Below, piece after piece: positions 18,335-28,238 of a stretch of DNA of 64,000 nt. The DNA comes from Alphaproteobacteria bacterium. Its GTDB lineage: Bacteria > Pseudomonadota > Alphaproteobacteria > UBA828. Numbering within the stretch: the first letter of the stretch is position 1; every line of letters begins with the position of its first letter. A program made the translations under genes and the position numbers. Where the stretch lies: positions 32,001 to 96,000 of the forward strand of contig CAXXVO010000006.1 of NCBI GenBank assembly GCA_963422645.2. The letters are read 5' to 3'. The notes below the pieces were generated by a model. That model was not told the origin of the DNA. It saw only the letters and a program-made list of their open reading frames with translations, and did not search any database.

Positions 18335-19180
18335 CTAGCTGACCCGTCCCCGAATCTCCTCGCGCATCATCGCGTAGAGCCGCCGCTCCATGTCCACGTA
18401 GCCCGGATGCACGAGCATCTCCTCCTTCTTGCGGAAGCGGCAGCCTTCCTTGAACGCCATCGGGAGGTCGGCTTTGATCCGCCCCGGCTGGCGTGTGTAG
18501 AAGATGATCCTGTCGGCGAGGTAGATCGCCTCCTGGATGTCGTGGGTGACAACCACCACCGTCTTGTTCTCGCGCTCGATGATCTCGATGATCATCTCCT
18601 CCATTTCCCAGGTGACCTGGGCGTCGAGCGCGCCGAAGGGCTCGTCCAGCAGCAGCAGCGCCGGATTCTGCGCCAGCGTGCGCGCGATGGAGACGCGCTG
18701 CTTCATGCCGCCGGAAAGCTCGGCCGGATAGGAGTTGGCGAACCCCTCCAGATGAACCAGCTCGAGGAAGTGCTCGGCGCGCGCGCGCCGCTCCGCCTTC
18801 GAGAGACCCTGGAGCTTCAGCCCGTACTCGATGTTGGCCCGCGTCGAGAGCCAGGGGAAGGAGGTATAGGCCTGGAACACCATGCCGCGCTCAGGCCCCG
18901 GCCCCAGGATTGGCCGACCGAACATCGTCACGTCCCCGCGCGAGGGGTATTCGAGCCCCGCCATCAGCCGCAGCATGGTCGTCTTGCCGCAGCCCGACGG
19001 GCCGATCATCGCCGTGACCTGATTGGCGTGGACGTCGAAGGAGACATCGTCGAGGGCGATCACGCTCTCCTTCAGGTAGCTCTTGGTGACCCGGTTGGCG
19101 CGGAAGGGCGGCGCACCCTCTATTGGGGCGTTCGCACCCGTCTGTGCCTCCGCCCTTCGCCCAAGCCCGAACACCGCCAT
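18335..19180 (-). CDS. ABC transporter ATP-binding protein, NitT/TauT
   Basis: GPSGCGKTT, LSGGMKQR, LLLDEPFGALD. Confidence 0.93.
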   Translation of the reverse strand: MAVFGLGRRAEAQTGANAPIEGAPPFRANRVTKSYLKESVIALDDVSFDVHANQVTAMIGPSGCGKTTMLRLMAGLEYPSRGDVTMFGRPILGPGPERGMVFQAYTSFPWLSTRANIEYGLKLQGLSKAERRARAEHFLELVHLEGFANSYPAELSGGMKQRVSIARTLAQNPALLLLDEPFGALDAQVTWEMEEMIIEIIERENKTVVVVTHDIQEAIYLADRIIFYTRQPGRIKADLPMAFKEGCRFRKKEEMLVHPGYVDMERRLYAMMREEIRGRVS

Positions 19181-19191
19181 CCCGCCGCCTC

Positions 19192-20024
19192 CTAGCGCCT
19201 GACCCGCAGGTACGGGAAGAAAATCCGGCTGGCGATGCGGAACGTGATGTCGGTCAGCACACCAAGTACGCCGATGGTGAGAATGCCGCCCATCATGATG
19301 TCGACATGGAGGAAGCGCGCGGCCCGCATCATCACCGCGCCGATACCGTCGGTCGCCACGATGATCTCCGCGATCACAAGATAGGTCCAGGCGACCGCGA
19401 TCATGTTGCGCATGGAATCGAGGATGGCGGGTGCTGCAGCGCGGAAGGTGATGCCCACCACCTGCCGCCGCTTGGCCCCCATGGTGAGGCCGGACTCGAC
19501 CAACTCGCGCTGGACCGCGAGCGTGTTGTCGAGGATCAGCGCCACGAGAAAGAAGAAGCAGCCGAGGAAGAGCAGCGCCATCTTGGCGAAGTCGGTCGGC
19601 CCGAACCACACCAGCAGGAGCGGCGCGAAGGAAGCCGCCGGCAGATAGCGCCAGCCCCCGGTGGTGGGGCTGATGAGCGCGCGCGCCTTGACGAAGCAAC
19701 CCATGAAGACGCCGAGCGGCACGGCGATCAGGCTGGCGACGAAGAAGCTCGCATAGATGCGATAGAGGCTGGTGCCGACGTCGGCGATGAAGTTCTTCTC
19801 GGCGAAGAGAAAAGCCATTTCGACCACCACCTGCTCGACGCTGGGCAGGAAGCGCTGCTTCTCGTCCGGCGTGACGTAGTGGGCGACCTCCCAGACGGAA
19901 AAAAAATGATGACGCCGATGACCCCCAGCACCACGGCGCGTCGCTGCGTGAGCGAGCCGAGCACTTCCAGGAAGGGTTGGCGCGGCGGCTTGAAGACGGG
20001 CGCGGCTTCGCCCGGATGCGTCAT
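19192..20024 (-). pseudogene. ABC permease, NitT/TauT, frameshifted in an 8-nt homopolymer
   Basis: N-terminal (..GVIIFF) and C-terminal (SVWEVAHY..AWTYLVIAEII) parts are in different frames, joined at the A8 run 19899-19906; may be a sequencing error. Confidence 0.75.
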
Positions 20025-20115
20025 CGCATCGGACGGCGGCGTGCCCCCGGCGTGCCCTTGGGCCATTCATGTCATCCCGGAGGCCGGCGGTCATGAGCGG
20101 AGCGCCCTGCCCGCA

Positions 20116-21351
20116 TCATTCGTCCACCACGGCGATCGCCTCGACCTCGATCAACAGGTCCTCGAAGGCGTAGCCGTCGACGCGGACCGCCGTCGCCGCC
20201 GGCCCGAGCGGCGGGAAGTAGCGGCGCCGCACCTCGGTCATCTTCTCCCAGTACTCCGTGGGCGAGGCGCCGCCGTCGTCGTACTGGTAATAGGTGTTGA
20301 GCTTGACCATGTCGCTCATCTCGGCGCCGGCCTCCTTGAGCACCGCGATCAGGCTCTCAAACACGTTCTCGGTCTGCTTGGCGATATCGCCGGGGCCGAT
20401 GGTCCGCCCCTTCTGGTCGGCGGAGATTTGCCCGCCGGCGAAGACGACATTGCCGACCCGCCAGCCCTGGGAGAAGGGCACCGGCATGCTCCAGTCCCAG
20501 TGGCCCTGCGGCATGATGCGCCGACGCTCCTGGCCGAGATGCGCGATGCCTTCAAGCTGGATCAGCTCCCCCGGATTGGAGAAATCCTTGACCCTGAGCC
20601 CGGTTCCGGCGGGCCCCGGGTTCGGCAGGTGCTCCATGCGCACCCGGGTCAGCGATTCCCAAAAATCCGTGACGTCGTCGCCCCTGCTCTCCTGCCGGTA
20701 GTAGGTGTTGAGGCGCAGGAGATCGTCCATAGAGGCGCCGGCCTCGGCGAGGACGGCCGCCATGCCGTTGAAGCAGTTGCGGGTCTGCGCCGCGATGTCG
20801 CCGGCATCCCGGAGCGAGCCGTCCCCGTTGAGCGAGCGCTGGCCGCCGACGAAGACCCAGTCGCCCGCCTGCCAGCCCTGCACGCAGGCGATGCCGTTGC
20901 CGCGCGACCAGTGGCCCTCGGGCATGAGCGGGCGCTTGTCCGCACCCGCCACGGCGAACGCGTCGATCTCCAGAAAGAGCCCCTCGTAGGCGAGGCCGGA
21001 GACCGGCGTCTCGGTCGTGACCGGTCCAGGCGCCCTAAAGTACTCGGCCTGCACCGCGTCGATCCGCCGCACGATCTCGGCCGCCGGCGGGCTCTCCTCG
21101 TCGACCACGTAGTAGACGTTCTGCTTCACGACGTCACCGAAGTCGGCGCCCGCCTCGCGCAACACGCGGCCGATGAATTCCATGATGTTGCGGGCCTGGG
21201 TCTCGATGTCGCCGCCGACCGTGCGACCCTTCTCGTCCGCCGAAATCTGGCCGCCGACAACGACGAGGTCTCCAAGCCTCCAGCCCTGGGAGAGCGTGAC
21301 CGGCATGCTCCAGTCCCAATGCCCGGCGGGCATGATACGGCTCTTGCTCAT
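20116..21351 (-). CDS. Protein of three tandem Rid (YjgF/YER057c/UK114) domains
   Basis: Three repeats MP.GHW...QGW..G..V..GGQ...DI..Q...N.YY...E.(D/E)A.A. Confidence 0.88.
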   Translation of the reverse strand: MSKSRIMPAGHWDWSMPVTLSQGWRLGDLVVVGGQISADEKGRTVGGDIETQARNIMEFIGRVLREAGADFGDVVKQNVYYVVDEESPPAAEIVRRIDAVQAEYFRAPGPVTTETPVSGLAYEGLFLEIDAFAVAGADKRPLMPEGHWSRGNGIACVQGWQAGDWVFVGGQRSLNGDGSLRDAGDIAAQTRNCFNGMAAVLAEAGASMDDLLRLNTYYRQESRGDDVTDFWESLTRVRMEHLPNPGPAGTGLRVKDFSNPGELIQLEGIAHLGQERRRIMPQGHWDWSMPVPFSQGWRVGNVVFAGGQISADQKGRTIGPGDIAKQTENVFESLIAVLKEAGAEMSDMVKLNTYYQYDDGGASPTEYWEKMTEVRRRYFPPLGPAATAVRVDGYAFEDLLIEVEAIAVVDE

Positions 21352-21389
21352 GGCGGCTCGTCTCCCCTTTTCTTCTTATGCGTTGGCCG

Positions 21390-22043
21390 CTAACGGCTCT
21401 TGCGCCCGGCTGCCTTGCCGCGGCTGTTGCCGGCGCCGAGCGGCTGGTCCCACTTGAACAGGCTCTTGTAGAGGCCTAACCCCATCATCGGCTCCACCTG
21501 GGCGATGTCGTCCGAGCCGTAGCAATGGGCGTCGAGAAAATCGCGCAGCTCGTCGGGCGAGCCGCACACCACCTCCGCCAGCAGGTCGAAGCGCGCGGCG
21601 ACGCGCATGACGTAGACGACCTCCGGTCGATCGCGGAAGTGGGACGCCACCTCATGAGCGCTGGCACCGCGGGCGACCTTGATGCCGAGCATCGACCAGG
21701 CCGTGTAGCCCAGCGCCAGCGGGTTCACCACGGTGATGAAGTGAATCAGGTTGGCCTTGTGCATCTGGCCCACACGGGAGCGCACGGTTCCCTCGGAGAC
21801 ACCGAGCTCGCGAGCGATCGAGGAGAAGGGCATGCGGCCGTCCTCCTGCAGCAGGGCGACGATCTCCCGGTTTAGCCCCTCGATATGGGGGATCGACGAA
21901 TAGGCAACCGCATCGCCCTGCAGGTCCGCCATCCCGATCTGGCGCAGGCCCATGACCGGCGCGGGCTCGGCTTCGGCCAGCGCGCGGAGCCGAGGCTCCC
22001 GGCTGCTCCCTTTCCCCTGCGAAGGTGGTTTCGAGGCGCTCAT
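21390..22043 (-). CDS. Lrp/AsnC-family transcriptional regulator
   Basis: LLQEDGRMPFSSIARELGVSEGTVRSR HTH plus RAM domain; start uncertain. Confidence 0.9.
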   Translation of the reverse strand: MSASKPPSQGKGSSREPRLRALAEAEPAPVMGLRQIGMADLQGDAVAYSSIPHIEGLNREIVALLQEDGRMPFSSIARELGVSEGTVRSRVGQMHKANLIHFITVVNPLALGYTAWSMLGIKVARGASAHEVASHFRDRPEVVYVMRVAARFDLLAEVVCGSPDELRDFLDAHCYGSDDIAQVEPMMGLGLYKSLFKWDQPLGAGNSRGKAAGRKSR

Positions 22044-22860
22044 GCCGCCCTCCAGTGCGGTCAACGGAATCCCGCTCCGCGAACGCCCAAGTCTGCCGAA
22101 ATCCTCGTGAGACTCTAGTTGTCCTCTAGTAATCCGTCAACGCAAGCCTTCGAATCCACGAATTTCGTAAACTTGGATTCGCTCTATGCCGCGTGTAAGG
22201 TCGCGGCAATGGTTGCTGCGAGGAGGGAGGCGTCTGGTTCGCGACCATGGACGAGATTGCGCGCCACGTTCGCACGTGCATCGACGACGGCTCGTGGAAG
22301 CCCCGGGTCAAGCAGATGCCCTACTACGACGGCCGCATCCCTGAGTGGGAGCCGCAGGAGGCCGCTGCAGCCGCGGAGTAACGCTGACACGCAAATTGCG
22401 TTATCGGGAGGCCGGAATTACGAGGTGCACCCATGACCGACACGCCTGAGAGCACTGAATCGGAGCCGGCGACCGCGGCGAAACCTCCTCCGAATCGAGG
22501 CTTCCCGAGCCCCTTCGAGCTGCCCACGCCCGATGGCGCCGAAGGCTGGGAGGAGCTTTATCCCTACTATTGCCTGATCAGCGACGAACGTCGCGAGATG
22601 GAGGAGGGAAAGTTCTGGTTCTTCGACGGGATGCACAACCCGGAACCGCTCTATCCCTTCGACACCATCATGACCGAGAACTGGTGGGTGGCTGCCAGTC
22701 AGATGGCGAGCCGGGTCTGGCCCATTCCGGTCGCCATGGGCATCGATCAGCGCTTGGTCAACGGTTACATCTACGTCAGCCCCAACAGCGTCACCGACCC
22801 TGACCAGATCGCCGCACGGCACGAGCACTTCGCCCGCCGCGCCGGCCACTATTTCGAGAA

Positions 22861-23911
22861 ACCGCTTATGCACATGGCTCCGGTCGCGAGAGTTTGCCAC
22901 CAGATGTTGAGGTTGAGGTTAGGGCGGGAGAACGGGTAGAATGTTGCCTATACGTTCCTGCCGACGGAGCCACCACATGAAACAGGTCGCCGACAGCCTC
23001 CTCGCCTTCCAGCACATGTTCCCGGACGATGACGCCTGCGCCGCCTGGCTGATCGAAATGCGCTGGCCGGACGGCTTCGTCTGTCCCGCGTGCGGCCATG
23101 AAAAGGGATGGGCGCTGCGCAGAAAAGCACACACCTTCGAGTGCGCCGGCTGCCGCCGGCAGACCTCGGTGACGGCCGGGACGATCCTGCACGCCAGCAA
23201 GCTGCCGCTCACCGTCTGGTTCTGGGCCGCCTACCTGATGGCGACCCACTCCAACGGCATCTCTGCCCTGCAGCTCCAGAAACAGCTCGGTATCGGCTCT
23301 TACCGCAGCGCTTGGCTGCTCGCCCACAAGCTGCGCGCCAGCATGGTCGACCCCGAGCGCAACCCGTTGTCGGGCCTGGTGGAAATCGACGAGGCCAGCC
23401 TTCCATTCCGGACCAAAGACGATCCTCCCACCGGAGGGCAAGGACGCAGCCACGACGGCAAGATGCTCATCGTCGGCGCCATCGAACTGGGGGATGGAAC
23501 CATCCCGGGCCGCCTGCGGCTGGCCGAAATCTCCTCCTACGGCGCCGCCGACCTCGGACACTTCGTCGAAACCGCCGCCGATCCCGACGCCATCGCGAAA
23601 ACCGACGGCTGGTCCGGCTACGCTGCGGTCCCCGCCGATCGCCACAATGTCCATGTCGTCGGGAAGACCGCCGCTCACCTCGTCCTGCCGTGGATCCACC
23701 AAGTCTTCTCCAACCTCAAAGGATGGGCGCGAGGCGTCTACCACGGGCTGCGCCGCAAGCATCTGCAGGCCTATCTCGATGAGTTCGCCTTTCGCTTCAA
23801 CCGCCGCAAAACCCGCCACGCTGCTTTCCGCTCGCTCTTCCGCATCGCCACCAATGCAAAACCCCTTACCTACAGCATGTTGATCGAACCGGAGCCATGT
23901 GCATAAGCGGT
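22861..23911 (+). mobile_element. IS1595-family insertion sequence
   Basis: 24-bp perfect IRs ACCGCTTATGCACATGGCTCCGGT; 8-bp DR TTCGAGAA (22853-22860 / 23912-23919). Confidence 0.93.
22941..23906 (+). CDS. IS1595-family transposase
   Basis: RWPDGFVCPAC zinc ribbon, VEIDE, TDGW, YLDEFAFRFNRR; exact start uncertain. Confidence 0.92.
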   Translation: MLPIRSCRRSHHMKQVADSLLAFQHMFPDDDACAAWLIEMRWPDGFVCPACGHEKGWALRRKAHTFECAGCRRQTSVTAGTILHASKLPLTVWFWAAYLMATHSNGISALQLQKQLGIGSYRSAWLLAHKLRASMVDPERNPLSGLVEIDEASLPFRTKDDPPTGGQGRSHDGKMLIVGAIELGDGTIPGRLRLAEISSYGAADLGHFVETAADPDAIAKTDGWSGYAAVPADRHNVHVVGKTAAHLVLPWIHQVFSNLKGWARGVYHGLRRKHLQAYLDEFAFRFNRRKTRHAAFRSLFRIATNAKPLTYSMLIEPEPCA

Positions 23912-23946
23912 TTCGAGAATTGGGACGAGATCTACGCCAACTGGAC

Positions 23947-25712
23947 AAAACAGTCATGGTCCCCGCGGTTCTGAGCCACCCCGTGGCATGAAACAGGAGC
24001 GGTTCGGCTGACGTTTTCCTTGCGCTTGCACCCATTTGCCGTGTCAGGATGGGTATTGGCGGAGGTGGGGACGTGTGAGCGTCGTTATATCGGTGACGTA
24101 GTTCCCGATGACAAAACTGCTTCCGGCGGCCGGCTCCGCACCCCGTATTGTACCCGGCCCGTGGCCGTGGACGCGCGGCAAATTGCACCGCACCCGCTCG
24201 TCGGATGCGTGTTCTTCCGACCGCTGTCCCCGCCTCCACCGTGGCGATGCCACGGCGTGATCGTACGCCGCCGTGGCGAGAGCGCAAATGAGGAGGAAGG
24301 CGATGAAGACGGAAGGCTTGCACGTCGTCCGGCCGCGCGCGGCGGGTCTGGACGTGCACAAGATGGAGATCACCGCGACGGTTCGCCTCTGTGAGGGCGA
24401 GGGTGAGCCGGTGGTGGAGACGCGCTGCTTCGGCACGCTGCCGAGCGGTCTGGAGGAGATGGTCGCGTGGCTGACCGGTCACGGCGTCGAGGCTGCGGTG
24501 ATGGAAGGGACCGGGGTCTACTGGCAGGCGCCCTTCGCGGCCCTGGAGGCGGCCGGGCTCGAGGCGATCCTGGTGCATGCGCGTCAGGTGAAGCAGTTGA
24601 AGGGGCGCAAGACCGACGTGGCGGACAGCGTGTGGCTGGCCTGCGTGTGCCAGTTCGGGCTCTGCACGCCTTCCCACGTTCCGCCTGAGCCGTTCCGGGA
24701 GCTGCGCGCACTGAGCCGCCAGCGCCGCGTCCTGGTCAGGCAGCGCTCCGCCGTGCGCAACCGCGTGCAGAAGATCATCGACCGCGCCGGTGCGCGCATC
24801 GGCGGCATCCTCTCCGACGTCTTCGGCGTCAACGGCCGGAAGATCCTCGACGGCCTGGCGCAGGGGACGGCGCGCGAGGTCATCCTCGCCTCGCTCACCA
24901 GCCACGTTGCGAACAAGCTGGAGGGGCTCGGCGAGGCGCTCACCCTGAGCCTGGGCGACAACGACCGCTTCATGCTCAACGACCTGCTGGAGGAGCATGA
25001 CGCGCTTGAGGCGCGCATCGCGTCCTACACCAGGAAGATCGACGGGCAGATGACACCGTGGGAGGAGCAGCTCCGTCTGCTGACCACCATCCCCGGCATC
25101 GACCGCACCGCCGCCTCGACCATCCTCATCGAGATCGGCCCCGACATCGGCGTGTTCGCCTCCAAGGAGCACTTCGCCGCCTGGGCCGGGCTCTGCCCCG
25201 GCAACAACGAGAGCGGGGGCAAGCGCCGCAACGCACGCACCCGCATGGGCTCCAAGACCCTGCGCGCCTGCCTCGTCGAGTGTGCCCACGGCGCGGCCCG
25301 AACCAAGGGGTGCCAGTTCGAGGCTCATCACCGCGCCCTCGCCGCCCGGCGCGGCTACAAGCGCGCCATCGTCGCCGGCGCTCACAAGATGCTGCGCATC
25401 ATCTATGTGGTGCTCAAGACCGGCAGGCCCTACTACGACCGCACGGCCGACTACGACGCTCTGATGGTCAAGCGCAACGCTCCTCGGTGGATCCGCATGC
25501 TCCGCCGCTACGGCTACATCGAGCCCGTAGGCGCGGAACTCAAGGCCGCCTGAGCGGCCCGCATCTCGTCAGCCGGCTACGCGGGACCGCTTCGGACCAC
25601 ATCGGGGAAGTCCACCGCTCGTCTCCGCCGCGCCGACCCTGGCGGTCTCAGCCAACGCCGTGACCTCGGGGTTGGAGCGTCACCGCGCGTCCCTCGCCAG
25701 AATCTGTTTCAC
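23947..25712 (+). mobile_element. IS110-family element
   Basis: Ends defined by restoring the host frame; shared AC core at 23945-23946 and 25711-25712; no long DR. Confidence 0.85.
24303..25553 (+). CDS. IS110-family DEDD recombinase
   Basis: GLDVHK, MEGTG, KTDVAD, IPGI, WAGLCPGNNESGG; GAGGAGG RBS upstream. Confidence 0.93.
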   Translation: MKTEGLHVVRPRAAGLDVHKMEITATVRLCEGEGEPVVETRCFGTLPSGLEEMVAWLTGHGVEAAVMEGTGVYWQAPFAALEAAGLEAILVHARQVKQLKGRKTDVADSVWLACVCQFGLCTPSHVPPEPFRELRALSRQRRVLVRQRSAVRNRVQKIIDRAGARIGGILSDVFGVNGRKILDGLAQGTAREVILASLTSHVANKLEGLGEALTLSLGDNDRFMLNDLLEEHDALEARIASYTRKIDGQMTPWEEQLRLLTTIPGIDRTAASTILIEIGPDIGVFASKEHFAAWAGLCPGNNESGGKRRNARTRMGSKTLRACLVECAHGAARTKGCQFEAHHRALAARRGYKRAIVAGAHKMLRIIYVVLKTGRPYYDRTADYDALMVKRNAPRWIRMLRRYGYIEPVGAELKAA

Positions 25713-27140
25713 GGCAAAAGCGAAAGACTGCATCGCGCGCCTGACCGAGATCGAGTTCCGTCCACTACCGGAGCTGGAGCCCGAGCAAAACGTCTTCGGC
25801 CATCGCGGCGTCTACTCCTCCCACGACCTGCTCAGCGCCTACAACCGGCTGATCGAGAACATGCTCGAGATGGGCTCCTACCATTTCGAGATGCTGAACC
25901 TCGGCTACGGCGCCTACCTGACCTTCCGCGACTTCTGCCAGCAGGCGTTCTCCGGAATAACCGACCGCACGCTGACGCAAATCGTCTGCGGCATCGACAA
26001 TCTGCTGCTGCGGCCGGACGACAAGGTCCGTGAGCTGGCCGAACTGGCGGTTGAGCGAGACCTCGCTGACGTTGTCCTGCAGCACGACGACCCGGACGCG
26101 ATGCTGACCGCCATGGCGAAAGCGGACGGCGGGGACGAATGGCTGGAGGCTCTCGAGGCCGCCAAGGAGCCGTGGTTCCACTTCTCCACGGGCATCGGCT
26201 ACGACCATTCCGATCCGGTGTGGATTGACGACCTGCGGCTGCCCTTCATCGCGCTGCGCGGCTATGTCGAAGCGTTGCAGAGGGGCGAGGACATCCGCCG
26301 CCCACTTGAGAAGCTGCTGGCGGAGCGGCAACGGGTGACGGAGGAATACCGCGCACTCCTGCCCACCGATCAGGACCGCGAGGCCTTCGACGGCCTGCTG
26401 ACGCTCACCTGCAAGGTCTTCCCCTACGTCGAGGATCACAACTTCTACGTCGAGCATTGGCATCACACGATCTTCTGGTCGAAGGTGCGGGAGCTCGCCG
26501 ACGTCTTCGTCGCGCACGACTTCTTCGACGACCGCGAAGACCTCTTCTACCTGCATCGCCACGAGGTCTACGACGCGCTCTACGATCTGCTGATTGGCTG
26601 GGCCACGGGCACGCCGCCGCGAGGCGAAGTCTACTGGCGGCCCATCGTCGAGCGGCGACGGCGCATTCGGGACTCGCTCTGCAAGTGGACGCCACCGCCG
26701 GCATTGGGAACCCCGCCGTCGGTCGTCACCGAGCCCATCACCATCATGCTGTGGGGCATCACCGAGAAGACGATCGAGGAGTGGCTGGGCGTCGACCCCG
26801 CCGCCGGCGGCGATGTCCTGCGTGGCGTGCCCGCTTCCGCCGGCAAGGCGACCGGGCCGGCCCGCGTGATCACCCGCTCGGAGGACCTCTACAGCGTCAA
26901 CGAGGGTGAGATCCTGGTCTGCCGGATCACGGCGCCGAGCTGGGCGACGGTCTTCTCCCGAATTGGCGCGGCGGTCTCCGACGTCGGCGGCATGATGGCT
27001 CATACCGCGATCATCTCGCGCGAGTACGGGCTGCCCGCCGTCGTCGGCGTGGGCTTTGCCACGGCGACGATCCAGACCGGCGACCGGGTCGAGGTCGACG
27101 GCAACGAGGGCACGGTGACGGTTCTGGAGAGAGCCGCGCC

Positions 27141-28238
27141 GTGACCGGCGATCCCCACATTCTGTGGCTGGATCAGGAGGGCGCGCCGGACAACCCGCTG
27201 CTCGGCGGCAAGTTCGCGAGTCTCGCCGAGATGACGGCGGCGGGCTTCGCCGTGCCCCCTGGGTTCGGCGTGACCACCGCCGCCTATCGCGCCTTCATGG
27301 CCCACGCGGGCCTCGATGGTAAGGCCGCGTTTGTGCGGGAGGCCGCGCGCCGCAAGGCGCTCGCGGACATCGGGAGCACGCGCGCGCGGCTCGTGGAGGT
27401 CATTGGCGCGGCCCCGATGCCGGAGGAGCTGGAGACGGCGATCCGACGCAACTACGCGATCCTTGAAGAGAGGACGGGCCGGGCCGCTGTGCCGGTGGCT
27501 GTGCGCTCCAGCGGCGAAGCGGAGGACCTGGCCGATGCGAGCTTCGCCGGCCAGTACGACACCTATCTCTGGGTCACCGGCGCCGTTGCCGTGCTGCGGC
27601 ATGTGCGGGCGTGCTGGGCCAGCATGTTCGGCGACGCGGCCCTCTCCTACCGGGCCGGCGGCGGCGACGGGGCGGCCGAGGGCAACTACGGCATCTGCGT
27701 GGGCGTTCAGCAAATGGTTGAGGCGCGTGCCGCCGGCGTCATGTTCACCCTCGACCCCTTGAACGGCGATCGCTCGAAGATCGTCATGGAGGCCTGCTGG
27801 GGCCTCGGCGAGGGCGTGGTCAAGGGCGACGTGACGCCGAGCCGCTTCACCGTCGACAAGGTGACGCTGGAAATCGTCCAGCGAGAGATCGTGCCGCAAG
27901 CGGAGGAATACCGCTTCGATACCGCCTCGGGCGCGGTGAGATTGATGCCGCTCGCGCCTGAGCGAGCGCGCGCAGCCTGCATCGAGGACGCGGAGGCGCT
28001 CGCGCTGGCCCGGCTCGCCAAGCGGATCGAGGGGCATCGCGGCGCGGCGCAGGACATCGAATGGGCGATCGGCCCGGACGGCGAGGTGCGAGTCCTCCAG
28101 GTCCGGCCCGAGACGGTGTGGAGCCAGCGAGAAAGCGCCGGCCTCGTCTCTGAAAGCAGGAGCGCGGTCGGGCACGTGCTCGCCAGGCTCTCGGGCGGCC
28201 GGGTGGCGACGGCGAACCCCGGACAGAGAGACCGGTGA
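27141..28238 (+). CDS. Stand-alone PEP synthase/PPDK N-terminal ATP-binding domain protein
   Basis: LGGKFASL, AVRSSG.AED..SFAGQYDT, GLGEGVVKG, DIEWA..LQVRPET; GTGA overlap with upstream gene. Confidence 0.92.
   Translation: MTGDPHILWLDQEGAPDNPLLGGKFASLAEMTAAGFAVPPGFGVTTAAYRAFMAHAGLDGKAAFVREAARRKALADIGSTRARLVEVIGAAPMPEELETAIRRNYAILEERTGRAAVPVAVRSSGEAEDLADASFAGQYDTYLWVTGAVAVLRHVRACWASMFGDAALSYRAGGGDGAAEGNYGICVGVQQMVEARAAGVMFTLDPLNGDRSKIVMEACWGLGEGVVKGDVTPSRFTVDKVTLEIVQREIVPQAEEYRFDTASGAVRLMPLAPERARAACIEDAEALALARLAKRIEGHRGAAQDIEWAIGPDGEVRVLQVRPETVWSQRESAGLVSESRSAVGHVLARLSGGRVATANPGQRDR

Larger units (their letters stand above)
22433..27144 (+). pseudogene. PEP-utilizing phospho-His protein (PpsA-like, phenylphosphate synthase subunit A architecture), interrupted by two IS
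   Basis: 22433-22860 + 23920-23946 + 25713-27144 join in frame (628 aa); C-terminal GGMMAHTAIISREYGLPAVVG. Confidence 0.88.

Noticed and set aside
22385-22400. Sigma-54 promoter-like TGACAC-N5-TTGC upstream of the dikinase gene
   Set aside because: Lacks the invariant -24 GG and no enhancer-binding protein is nearby.
22866-25385. 839-aa antisense ORF and other long shadow ORFs (2848-4857, 19123-21393, 34695-37130, 39151-40860)
   Set aside because: Antisense to well-supported genes in high-GC DNA, some crossing IS boundaries, with no recognisable motifs.
22433-28238. Housekeeping PEP synthase or PPDK
   Set aside because: No pyruvate-binding TIM-barrel domain; the protein is split and embedded in a hydroxylase operon.
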